A DNA stretch of 64,000 nt from Syntrophomonadaceae bacterium (GTDB lineage Bacteria; Bacillota; Dethiobacteria; DTU022; UBA8154), in contig PWTK01000029.1 of assembly GCA_003563895.1 (NCBI GenBank), positions 2,378 to 66,377 of the forward strand, given 5' to 3'. This document shows, piece by piece, positions 26,855 through 35,487 of this stretch (its first letter is position 1; each line of letters begins with the position of its first letter). The translations under genes were made by a program, and so were the position numbers. The notes beneath the pieces were generated by a model, which had not been told where the DNA came from, searched no databases, and saw only the letters and a list, made by a program, of their open reading frames with translations.

Positions 26855-27104
26855 GGGGGTACGCGGTTAGCTCCAGTTGTGATATAGTTAAAATAATATT
26901 TCACAACTGGGAGAACTAAAATGGATCATGATTACCCAAATACCCATTGTCAATTTGTAATATGTTTCCTGACGATGTAACGTGTGCTAATTATTTGGCA
27001 CTTCTACGCTGGCCTGAAGGCTTTATCTGCATAGATGTAAGATCTCTTCAACACCGGCTATAATTGGGGTTACAATGATTTGCTGGAGCTAACTGCGTAC
27101 CCCC
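26855..27104. mobile_element. IS1595-family deletion derivative (MITE E1) retaining a transposase N-terminal remnant
   Basis: 22-bp TIRs gggggtacgcggttagctccag / ctggagctaactgcgtaccccc (1 mismatch). Flanking direct repeat ttattttaaa. Confidence 0.8.
26962..27063 (+). pseudogene. Remnant of the IS1595-type transposase N-terminus (zinc-ribbon region)
   Basis: The 33-codon remnant MFPDDVTCANYLALLRWPEGFIC... matches the conserved start of ISXO2/IS1595 transposases (..C..YL..LRWP.GF.C). Confidence 0.65.
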
Positions 27105-27132
27105 ATTATTTTAAACCATCGGCAAGCGTTGC

Positions 27133-27402
27133 TTACGAAACCTTGACACCGAGGCCTCCCCATAGAGGCCTCAAAAATATTTTCACCTTCCCGGCGTTAA
27201 AGGGATGGCCCAGAAATATTTTGATATCTTCTTCCTCGTACTCCCGGTATTCCTTTTTGTTTTCCGGTTGTCCTGCAAACACGGCAGGCTTGTAGGTAAA
27301 ACCCGTTCAGCCGCCGCACATCACCATCTTCAAGGTTACGGCATTGGTGTTTTTCTTCTTGGTTAAATATTGTTTGGCTTCCGGAGTGACTTCTATGCGC
27401 AA
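27133..27402 (-). CDS. Candidate small selenoprotein (HesB/IscA-like GG-U-xGF motif), 89 codons with in-frame TGA at 27307-27309
   Basis: TTG start 8 nt after AAGGAGG, with a consensus promoter upstream. The frame stays open for 57 codons past the TGA, and a SECIS-like hairpin sits at 27272-27288. Not in the ORF track because each half is under 60 aa. Confidence 0.6.
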
Positions 27403-27423
27403 TATCCACACCTCCTTTTTTCA

Positions 27424-27452
27424 ATTATACTATAGAGTTATTTCGCTGTCAA
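27424..27452 (-). promoter_or_regulatory. Consensus sigma-70-type promoter of the UGA-containing small gene
   Basis: Minus strand reads TTGACA, a 17-nt spacer, then TATAAT, about 20 nt upstream of the start codon. Confidence 0.7.
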
Positions 27453-27569
27453 TAAATATCCACCCATCAGCAATGCGCTCATGGTGACTTTGCCCCTCGC
27501 GCCCGTTTTGGTGTCCCACAATTTTTCGTTCCAGAAGGCAATAGGGACTTTTATTTTTTCGGCTGTTAA

Positions 27570-27578
27570 TGGTATAAT
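27570..27578 (+). promoter_or_regulatory. Extended -10 element (TGgTATAAT) upstream of the S8 protease gene
   Basis: tggtataat lies 38 nt upstream of ATG 27616. Confidence 0.45.
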
Positions 27579-27615
27579 TTTATAAGCTTGGCCTGTAGTA
27601 AGATCCCGGGAAAGG

Positions 27616-30525
27616 ATGCCGGTACAGGATATGAAAAAGCACAAGAATGATTCATCCCCGCTTTTGTTTTTTTTGGTCTTTCTTCTCGTTTTTTTCTCCT
27701 CCTTTTCCGCTTCCCCGGACTTTTTGACTGACAGCGCTTTCGCCGCTGTCAGTCAAGAAATCGAGGATTCCTTCAAGGATAATGAGTTCGTTCCCGTGAT
27801 CGTCATCCCCGAGCACACTACATATGAGGGAAATGGCGTCAACCCTTCCACTTCTTCAAATTCGGGCGAAGATTTGGTGGAAGAGCTTAAAAACAAATCC
27901 GGGAACGTCTCGGCATCCCTTAAAGAGAACCTGCGGCCGGAAATTGACAAAGGGAACGTCATAGACCTGCACTTTTTCTGGATCGTCAACGCCTTTGCCG
28001 CAAAAGTGAACCGGGAAGGCCTCACGGCGATCGCCGCCATGCCGGAAGTAGATCGAGTGATCAAAGACCGCTCCCACGCGCTGCAGGGTTCCGTTGCGCC
28101 TCCTGCTGAAGAGATCGAGGAAAATCCTTCTCTTCAAAACCGGCCCCTCCCCTGGAACCTGCAGCAAATTAACGCCCACCGCATATGGCAAAGAGGGATT
28201 TACGGAAAAGATGTGGTGGTGGCCGTTATGGATACCGGGGTTGACCCCTCCCACCCGGCTTTGGAAGAAAGCTATCGGGGGTTCCAGGAGGGGCACGACC
28301 ACAAAACCAGCTGGTTTGATGTTGCCGCCGGGCTGGAAGGTAGCGGAGAAAAAGAGCCGAATGATCCAAACGGTCACGGCACTCATATCGCCGGGGTTAT
28401 TCTCGGCGGCACGCCTTCCGACCCCCAGGGAGTGGCACCGGCCGCCCGGTGGATGGCGGTGAATATTTTCAGCGAGGGGTACGCCTGGGACTCCCAGATA
28501 ATCAAGGCTTTTCAGTGGCTTCTGGCCCCCAATGACAACCCTGAAAACGCCCCCGATATCATCAACTGCTCCTGGGCTTCAAGGCCTGATTATGTGGCAG
28601 ACCCGCTCCAGTGGGAATTGCTTCATAATTTAGAAAAGGCCGGGATTTTTGTCGTGTTTGCTGCAGGGAACAACGGAGCGGCAGGCCCCGGAAGCCCCGC
28701 CAGTTTTCCTCACGCCTTTTCTGTAGGAGCCTTGAGGCGGGACGATGAGGGAATGGTCGACCTGGCGAATTTCAGCAGCAGGGGAATCGTCGACTGGAAC
28801 GGCATCCGCTATCCCAAACCGGAATTGACCGCTCCCGGCACAGGAATCACATCTGCCTGGCCTGGGGGAGGCCATCACACCCTCGACGGAACCTCCATGG
28901 CGGCAGCCCATGTCTCCGGCACTGCGGCGCTGCTCTTGGAAGCAAAACCTGGGTTGCTGCCCTACCAAATTGGTTATACACTGAAGCACACGGCCCGCTG
29001 GGATGCCTCCTGGGGGGAAGAAAACCGGCCGAACCCCCGCTACGGCCATGGAATGGTCGATGCCTTCAGAGCGTTGACCGGCAAAGATGCCCCTGCTGAA
29101 GAGACCCTCTTTAAGGATGAAGTGGAAGAAGAAAGTGACCTTTGGAATACTTCTCCGAAGCACCCCTGGAGAGCATCCGGTGAAAAGGTGTTTGAAGGCG
29201 AGTTCGCCCACGCAGACTCGCCTTGGGGCAACTATGCCCGCGATGCCCATTCCTGGATAGCCATAGCCGAAGCCGTACCCCTCTGTGGTTACCATTATCC
29301 CGTCCTTTCATTCAAACATTATTACGATCTCCATCCCGGCAAGAGCGGGGAAGAAGACGATTACGCCTACGTGGAAATCTCGCCCAATAACCGGGATTGG
29401 GTGCGCCTTTACCGATTTTCGGGCACAAACGAAGATTTCCAGTCTTTTGCCCTTCCAGTTCACCTGCCTCCTGACACAAAGGAACTACACCTGCGCTTCC
29501 GCCTGGAAAGCAACAACAGTGGAGAGGGAAAAGGGTGGTACATAGACCGGATACAAATCGATGCCGCACCCCTTCCTTTAACTGCACTGGCTGCCCTGGA
29601 GCTCAGACCCGAGAAAAGCCAGCTGGGAGTCAATGAAGTAATGCAGATAGAGGTGGAGGCCCTCTTCTGTTCGAAAGTCTCTCGCCCGGTGGATGTGGAG
29701 AGTGTCCGGTGGAGCACGTCCGATCAGGAGATCGCTATTGTAAAAAGCGGCAGGGTCACAGGGGTATCCCCCGGAGAGGTCACCATTGAAGGCCGGTTTT
29801 CTGGAAAAACGGCTGAAGTGAACATGGAAGTGGTACGGGTTGCAGCTCCGGAAGCATCGCCTGCCGCCGGTCTCTTCTATAATTCGGTAGAAGTCGAGTT
29901 GATCCCGCCAAAGCCGGGAGTGGAAATCCGCTACACTCTTGACGGCAGCAAACCTGGGCCCGAAAGCCCTCTCTATGAAGAACCCTTGAAGATCGATTCG
30001 ACGACGATCATTAAAGCCAGGGCTTACGACGATGGAATTCCGGGACCGGTCCAGTTGATGCCTTTCCGCATTAAAGAGGGGGGGAAGGTGGAAGGCCGCG
30101 TAGCGCTTCAGGGAAGAGATTTCATAGATGATAAAACGCGGGCTTTTTTCCTCTGCCTCGACGAAAAAAGCCGCTACCCCGTGGCTGCAATCCGGCGCGA
30201 CGGGACATTTTCCACGGGACTCCCGCTGGGCCGTTATGCGCTGGTGCTGGAAAGGGATAAGTACCTGAGGCGGGCCTCGGAGTTTGCCGTCCTGGAAAAG
30301 GGGGAGATAATAGAGCTGCCCCCGCAGGAACTCCGGGCAGGGGACATCACCGGGAGCAACAAGGTAGGACTTGCTGATTTGGCGGCGTTAACCCTGGCTT
30401 TTGAAAGCGTGCGCGGGGAAGAAAGCTGGAATCCCTCGGCCGACCTGGACGGTGACGGTGTAATAGACTCGAGGGACCTGGAACTGCTGAGAGAAAATTA
30501 CGGCCTGAAGGGAGACGAGTTATAA
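27616..30525 (+). CDS. Secreted multidomain S8 (subtilisin-family) serine protease with a C-terminal dockerin
   Basis: 969-aa ORF with a signal peptide and an I9-like propeptide. Catalytic D (VMDTGVD), H (HGTHIAG) and S (GTSMAAAHVSG). Also a Big_2-like domain, a chitobiase/Fn3-associated-like domain and dockerin repeats (GDITGSNKVGLADL, DLDGDGVIDSRDL). Confidence 0.9.
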   Translation: MPVQDMKKHKNDSSPLLFFLVFLLVFFSSFSASPDFLTDSAFAAVSQEIEDSFKDNEFVPVIVIPEHTTYEGNGVNPSTSSNSGEDLVEELKNKSGNVSASLKENLRPEIDKGNVIDLHFFWIVNAFAAKVNREGLTAIAAMPEVDRVIKDRSHALQGSVAPPAEEIEENPSLQNRPLPWNLQQINAHRIWQRGIYGKDVVVAVMDTGVDPSHPALEESYRGFQEGHDHKTSWFDVAAGLEGSGEKEPNDPNGHGTHIAGVILGGTPSDPQGVAPAARWMAVNIFSEGYAWDSQIIKAFQWLLAPNDNPENAPDIINCSWASRPDYVADPLQWELLHNLEKAGIFVVFAAGNNGAAGPGSPASFPHAFSVGALRRDDEGMVDLANFSSRGIVDWNGIRYPKPELTAPGTGITSAWPGGGHHTLDGTSMAAAHVSGTAALLLEAKPGLLPYQIGYTLKHTARWDASWGEENRPNPRYGHGMVDAFRALTGKDAPAEETLFKDEVEEESDLWNTSPKHPWRASGEKVFEGEFAHADSPWGNYARDAHSWIAIAEAVPLCGYHYPVLSFKHYYDLHPGKSGEEDDYAYVEISPNNRDWVRLYRFSGTNEDFQSFALPVHLPPDTKELHLRFRLESNNSGEGKGWYIDRIQIDAAPLPLTALAALELRPEKSQLGVNEVMQIEVEALFCSKVSRPVDVESVRWSTSDQEIAIVKSGRVTGVSPGEVTIEGRFSGKTAEVNMEVVRVAAPEASPAAGLFYNSVEVELIPPKPGVEIRYTLDGSKPGPESPLYEEPLKIDSTTIIKARAYDDGIPGPVQLMPFRIKEGGKVEGRVALQGRDFIDDKTRAFFLCLDEKSRYPVAAIRRDGTFSTGLPLGRYALVLERDKYLRRASEFAVLEKGEIIELPPQELRAGDITGSNKVGLADLAALTLAFESVRGEESWNPSADLDGDGVIDSRDLELLRENYGLKGDEL

Positions 30526-30790
30526 ATTCCCGCAATACCTGTACCGGCATCCTTCACCCCACGGGCTGATTTCCCCGCACTTACAAGCCGCTTCATTCGC
30601 CGGCCCCACGGCGGAAAAAAGAAGCTGCCCGGCATGATCTGCGGGGCAGCATCGGGGGAGCCGCCGGCCGTAAAAGCCTGCTGATGAACTGCCCGAACGG
30701 CAGGAGGGTAAAAAAAGCCCGCACCGGTCCACCCACCGCAAAAGCGGCAGCTGATGCGCAGCCTCCAGAAGGGAAAGAAGCGATAAGTAA

Positions 30791-30823
30791 GCCGCCGGCT
30801 TCATCCCGGCGGCTCTGTTTTTT
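30791..30823. terminator. Bidirectional terminator hairpin (pckA side and plus-strand side)
   Basis: gccgccgg-cttcatc-ccggcggc with a T-tract on the plus strand, lying 30 nt downstream of the pckA stop on the minus strand. Confidence 0.65.
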
Positions 30824-30853
30824 CTGAAAACACGTTTGCACAAATGCGCTCGT

Positions 30854-32455
30854 TCAGCTCCTCTTGATGTTTTTGGAACGTGTATCGGCGCCGTTTTTTA
30901 CATTGGCCAGCTCGCTGGCCGATGGTGGGAGATGGGCAAAATTCTCTTTAAATTTTTCGGCCAATGCCCTCGACTGCCTGCGGTAGGCCGTTTTGTCATC
31001 CCAGATGTTCTCGGGCCAAAGGATCTCATTCGGCACCCCGTCACAAGCATCGGGCACAAGAAAGCCAAACACGGGGTGGCGGCGCAGGTGGGCTTCTTTT
31101 AGAGAACCTTTAATGGCGGCCCTGACAATGCAGCGCGTATGGTCAATACCAATACGCCTCCCGACTCCGTAACACCCCCCGACCCAGCCGGTATTTACCA
31201 GGTAAACCTCCACGCCGTGTTCTTTAATTTTTTCGCCCAGCATGCGCGCGTAAACCACGGGAGAAAGCGGGAGAAAAGGAGCACCGAAACAGGTCGAAAA
31301 GGTGGCCCTTGGTTCGGTTATGCCCCGTTCCGTCCCAGCCAGCTTGCTGGTATATCCGGACAAAAAGTGGTACATGGCCTGATTTGAGTCGAGCCGGGCC
31401 ACGGGAGGCAGCACCCCGAAAGCATCCGCGGTGAGAAAGAGCAGCACCCGGGGGTGGCCGACAACGCCGGGGTTCAAGGCCCCGGAAATATGGTCCACCG
31501 GATAACCCGCCCTGGTATTCTCGGTTATGCTGTCATCACTGAAATCTATTTCACCGGTGCAGGGGTCCACCGCTGCATTTTCCACCACACATCCGAAACG
31601 AATGGCCTCCCAGATTTGGGGCTCGCTTTGACGGGAAAGGTTGATGCACTTGGCATAACAACCCCCCTCAATATTAAAAATCCCCCATTCGGACCATCCG
31701 TGTTCGTCGTCACCGACCAAAAAACGCCCTGCATCGGCAGAAAGGGAAGTTTTGCCGGTCCCCGATAGACCAAAAAACAAGGCCGCTTCTTCCCCGCCGG
31801 GTCCCGCATTGGCTGCACAGTGCATGGGGAGGACCCCTTCTTTGGGCAGCAGATAGTTCATCACGGTGAAGACGGCTTTTTTGATCTCTCCAGCATAATA
31901 ACTTCCCCCGATCAGCACCAGCCGTCGGGAAAAATTGATGGCCACAAAAACTTCGGAATTCGTACCGTGCTTTTCCGGGTCAGCCTGGAAGCCCGGGGCA
32001 CAGAGAACGGTAAAATAAGGAGAAAAGGTGTCCAGCTCTTCCGGCCTGGGCTTGATAAACAGCTGCTGTGCAAAAATATTTTGCCAGGCCAGTTCATTCA
32101 CAAACCTTAGCGGATAACGATAGCGCTCATCGGCCCCGGCAAAGCCGTCAAAAACAAACACGTGGCGTCGTTTCAAGTATGCCAGAAGGCGCTCGTAGAG
32201 ATGCTCAAAAATGTCCGGTGCCATGGGCTTGTTGACACGGCCCCACCATATTTCATTTCTTGTCTGGGGTTCATCCACAATATACTTATCCTCCGGCGAT
32301 CGTCCCGTATATTTGCCCGTCTCTACCCGGAGCGCTCCCCGGGTCGTTAATAGACCCTCATTGCGCAAAATCGCCATTTCCACCAGCCTGGAAATAGAAA
32401 GATTGCAGTAAATCTTGTTAAAGATGGAAAGGTCCTCCGTGCGGTTTGCTTCCAT
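30854..32455 (-). CDS. pckA: Phosphoenolpyruvate carboxykinase (ATP)
   Basis: ORF 30854-32554, with start revised to ATG 32455 (GGAAGGAGG upstream). Kinase-1a motif GLSGTGKTSLS and TGRSPEDKYIV. Confidence 0.92.
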   Translation of the reverse strand: MEANRTEDLSIFNKIYCNLSISRLVEMAILRNEGLLTTRGALRVETGKYTGRSPEDKYIVDEPQTRNEIWWGRVNKPMAPDIFEHLYERLLAYLKRRHVFVFDGFAGADERYRYPLRFVNELAWQNIFAQQLFIKPRPEELDTFSPYFTVLCAPGFQADPEKHGTNSEVFVAINFSRRLVLIGGSYYAGEIKKAVFTVMNYLLPKEGVLPMHCAANAGPGGEEAALFFGLSGTGKTSLSADAGRFLVGDDEHGWSEWGIFNIEGGCYAKCINLSRQSEPQIWEAIRFGCVVENAAVDPCTGEIDFSDDSITENTRAGYPVDHISGALNPGVVGHPRVLLFLTADAFGVLPPVARLDSNQAMYHFLSGYTSKLAGTERGITEPRATFSTCFGAPFLPLSPVVYARMLGEKIKEHGVEVYLVNTGWVGGCYGVGRRIGIDHTRCIVRAAIKGSLKEAHLRRHPVFGFLVPDACDGVPNEILWPENIWDDKTAYRRQSRALAEKFKENFAHLPPSASELANVKNGADTRSKNIKRS

Positions 32456-32684
32456 ATCGTCCTCCTTCCTTTTCCCCTTTCGCCACTGCGCCAAACACCT
32501 CTGAGCCACCAAGAACAGAGGCGAACAAACCCTTTGCGGGCAGGAGGGAAACATCCGGGAAAAGTGAATACTCGCTTTGCTTTAAAGTATAAAACAAAAC
32601 CGGGGGCAAAAAAAAGGGGGGGTTGCTTTTTCGCCACCCCAAAAAGTCACTGGCCGACCTCAGCCCGATCCCAAACATGAGCCG

Positions 32685-32922
32685 GTTTGGCCCGCAGCGA
32701 AAATTTGCACACAGCGCCTCCATAGGAACGTTTCGAACATCACCACAGCGAAGCGGAGCAAGGGGACATTCCTCCGCAGGAGTTGTGTCCCCATGCCTTG
32801 AAAAATGACATTCCTCCGCAGGAGGTGTGTCCCCATACCTAACATGGGAAGAGGATGGAAACGCTCCCATGGCTGGCATTGGTTCAAAATTCATTTACCT
32901 TTGCGCTACAGGGTGTTAGCTA
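32685..32922 (+). repeat. Repeat family D, copy D3, with an internal tandem duplication
   Basis: TIR-like ends (gcagcgaaaatttgca / cctttgcgctacagggtgttagc). Core ggaacgtttcgaacatcaccacagcgaagcggagc. gacattcctccgcaggagKtgtgtccccatRcct occurs twice. Confidence 0.7.
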
Positions 32923-33023
32923 AGAAAAGATTCCCTTCCTGACCCCCTTTTTCCTTCCGGAACTTGCAATTCCAGCCTCTTCTTTTTAAAATAGAAGCGA
33001 GATATTAATTGAAGGGGGAACCA

Positions 33024-34019
33024 ATGTTGCCTGCCAATCTTACCCCCGAGTATTATGCCGCCGAAGAAGCATATAAAAAAGCGTCCACCGCCGAAGAGAA
33101 AATGGAAGCGCTGCGGGAAATGCTCGCCGTCATCCCCAAGCATAAAGGAACGGAAAAACTCCAGGGAGATTTAAGACGGCGCCTTTCCAAGCTGCGCGAA
33201 GAAAGCCAGAAAAAACCGCAGAAATCAACCTATAACCCCTTTCTCATTGAAAAGCAGGGTGCGGGACAGGTTGTGATGATCGGTCACCCCAATACTGGAA
33301 AATCTTCCTTGATCACTGCCCTGACCCGGGCCAAAGCCAAGGTCGCCGACTATCCCTTTACGACCACCATCCCGGTCGCAGGAATGATCCCGTTTGAAAA
33401 TATCCTTATTCAGCTGATTGATACCCCACCCTACAGCCCCGAAGGGGCCCCACCCGGGCTGCTGGACGCCATCCGGCGGGGGGATCTGCTGCTTCTACTG
33501 ATTGATATCAGCAGTGACGACTGCCTGGAACAGATAGAAAACCTCCTCTCTTTCCTGGAGGGAAAAAAGGTCATTCACTTCTCCCAGGGAGAAGGTGAAG
33601 ATGATACAGATCTCACAGGAGTGAAGCTCCTCCCTTTTCTCATCCTGGCCACGAAGGCAGACCACCGGGAGAGTGAAGAAAACCTGGAAATCATTGCAGA
33701 GCTGAAACCCGAACTCTCCCTCATGCCCGTTTCGGCAGCCAAAGGGATAGGGTTGGAAGAGCTGAAGCGCTGCATTTTCGAAAAGCTCGAAATTATCAGG
33801 GTTTACACCAAGGCACCCGGCAGCGACCCGGACTTGGAAGAGCCTTTTGTGCTGAAAAAAGGGGAAACAGTGTTGGACCTGGCAGAAAATATCCACCGCG
33901 ATTTTCCCGAACGCCTTAAAAATGCCCGCGTCTGGGGTTCAGCCAAATTTGACGGCCAGTCTGTCCCCCGGGAACATGTCCTGGAAGACGGCGATATCGT
34001 GGAGTTAAACATAACCTGA
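33024..34019 (+). CDS. DRG/Rbg-type Obg-family GTPase with a C-terminal TGS domain
   Basis: ORF 33009-34019, start ATG 33024. G1 is GHPNTGKSS and G4 is TKAD. N-terminal helical region (HKGTEKLQGDLRRRLSKLREE). TGS-like C-terminus (IRVYTKAPG...VWGSAKFDGQSV..DGDIVEL). Confidence 0.75.
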   Translation: MLPANLTPEYYAAEEAYKKASTAEEKMEALREMLAVIPKHKGTEKLQGDLRRRLSKLREESQKKPQKSTYNPFLIEKQGAGQVVMIGHPNTGKSSLITALTRAKAKVADYPFTTTIPVAGMIPFENILIQLIDTPPYSPEGAPPGLLDAIRRGDLLLLLIDISSDDCLEQIENLLSFLEGKKVIHFSQGEGEDDTDLTGVKLLPFLILATKADHRESEENLEIIAELKPELSLMPVSAAKGIGLEELKRCIFEKLEIIRVYTKAPGSDPDLEEPFVLKKGETVLDLAENIHRDFPERLKNARVWGSAKFDGQSVPREHVLEDGDIVELNIT

Positions 34020-34041
34020 GGTTTGAAAAGGGGAGAGCTCT

Positions 34042-35430
34042 TTGTCAGATCCTGGCTTCGCACTCTGGACCAGCTTTGCAGCCGTTATTTTTTTTATGGT
34101 GCTCCTGGGAGTTCTCTCCGCTTTGAAGGTGAAAACCTCCAGTGATTTTTCCCTTGGGGGAAGGAGAATGAGCTCCTTGCTGGTTTCCGCTTCCTTGATG
34201 GGAACCTTCGTGGGCGGCACCTCCATAGTGGGAACCGCCCAAGCTTCCTTCCTCTACGGCATCAGCGGCATCTGGTTCACCCTGGGAGCCGGCCTGAGCT
34301 GCCTGATGCTGGCCCTTTTCTTGGCCGGCCCCCTGCGCCGCTCCGGGGTGGAAACCATTCCCGAACTGCTCTTGAGGAGTTATGACCGCAAAACGGCCCT
34401 TTGGGCCAGCTTTTACACCTCGATAGGCATATTTATCCAGGTAGCCACCCAGCTGTTGGCCGCTGTTCCCTTGATGAGCTCCCTCTTCAACATCCCCCCC
34501 GCCCCCTCGGCCCTCCTGGTGACCCTTCTCGTGCTCTGCTCGGTGGTCTTCGGGGGGTTTTGGGGAGCAACCCTTATCGGGCTGTTGAAAATGTTCCTGC
34601 TGTATTTCACCCTGATCGCGGCCGTGTTCATTCTTTTTCATCATACAGGCGGAATCGGGGCTTTTTGGGAGGCCTTCCCCCGCGATCCCTGGCTTAACCT
34701 TTGGGCGAGGGGAGCTGCCCGTGAGCTCGGTGCCGCTTTTTCCGTTTTGGTCGGCTTTGCTTCAACCCAATCCTACCTCCAGTCGCTTTTTGCCGCCCGC
34801 GATGTTCCCGCTGCGCGCAAGGGGGCGCTGATCGCCTCCATATTTATTCCCCTGGCCGGTGCAGGGTCGGCCTTGATCGGGATGTACATGAGCCGGCACC
34901 ACACCGAAATCATCCCCGGTGAAGCGCTGCCCCTGTTTGTGCTGGAATATGTCCCTCCCGTTGCCGGGGGTGTCATGCTGGCCACCCTGCTGATCACCCT
35001 TATTATGACCTCTGCCGGCTTGACGCTTGGGCTGGGGACCATGATCAACCGCAATTTTTATCGCGACATCTTCCGGCCCGACGCCGGCGAAAGAGAGCAG
35101 CTCATGGCCTTCCGGATTATCGTGGTAGTCATCGCGATGGCAGCCTTTTTTTTCACCATGAGCACCCTTCACGTGCTCATACTCACCCTGGCCTTCATTT
35201 CCATGGCCTTGAGGGGGGTGACCGTTTTCCTGCCCCTGCTGGGTGCCATTTTTTACTCACACAGAATCCCCCCCGCTTCTGCCAGGAATGCGGTTATTGT
35301 TGCGCCGGCCGCTTCCCTCTGCTGGGCACTCTTTTTGCCCGATTTTCTCGACCCGATTTACATTGGGCTGCTCATCAGTTTTTTGGTTTTAAGCCGGCCT
35401 TTGACAAAGATCACAGTCCCGAAGGGATAA
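34042..35430 (+). CDS. Sodium:solute symporter (SSF) family transporter
   Basis: 462-aa polytopic ORF (about 13 TM helices) with a TTG start after GGGGAG. The call rests on general SSF-like topology and sequence. Confidence 0.7.
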   Translation: MSDPGFALWTSFAAVIFFMVLLGVLSALKVKTSSDFSLGGRRMSSLLVSASLMGTFVGGTSIVGTAQASFLYGISGIWFTLGAGLSCLMLALFLAGPLRRSGVETIPELLLRSYDRKTALWASFYTSIGIFIQVATQLLAAVPLMSSLFNIPPAPSALLVTLLVLCSVVFGGFWGATLIGLLKMFLLYFTLIAAVFILFHHTGGIGAFWEAFPRDPWLNLWARGAARELGAAFSVLVGFASTQSYLQSLFAARDVPAARKGALIASIFIPLAGAGSALIGMYMSRHHTEIIPGEALPLFVLEYVPPVAGGVMLATLLITLIMTSAGLTLGLGTMINRNFYRDIFRPDAGEREQLMAFRIIVVVIAMAAFFFTMSTLHVLILTLAFISMALRGVTVFLPLLGAIFYSHRIPPASARNAVIVAPAASLCWALFLPDFLDPIYIGLLISFLVLSRPLTKITVPKG

Positions 35431-35487
35431 GGTATGTTACCATAAAACAGGCACGAGAAAATAACTATATCCCAAGGGGGAATAAAG

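Noticed and set aside
27438-27644. 68-aa minus-strand ORF between the small UGA gene and the protease gene
   Set aside because: It overlaps the consensus TTGACA/TATAAT promoter of the downstream small gene and the protease 5' end. It has no SD and no recognisable family.
30716-30738. T-box-like sequence considered as a functional second T-box riboswitch
   Set aside because: There is no Stem I or specifier region upstream and no downstream gene on that strand. It is kept only as a relic or small-RNA hypothesis in the findings.
32418-32894. 158-aa minus-strand ORF upstream of pckA. It shares a peptide-like stretch (GDVRxVPMxALxAxFRC) with the ORF at 41059-41340.
   Set aside because: The similarity comes from nucleotide-level identity of repeat family D read in one frame. 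The ORF overlaps the pckA 5' end and has no start context. It is better treated as non-coding repeat.
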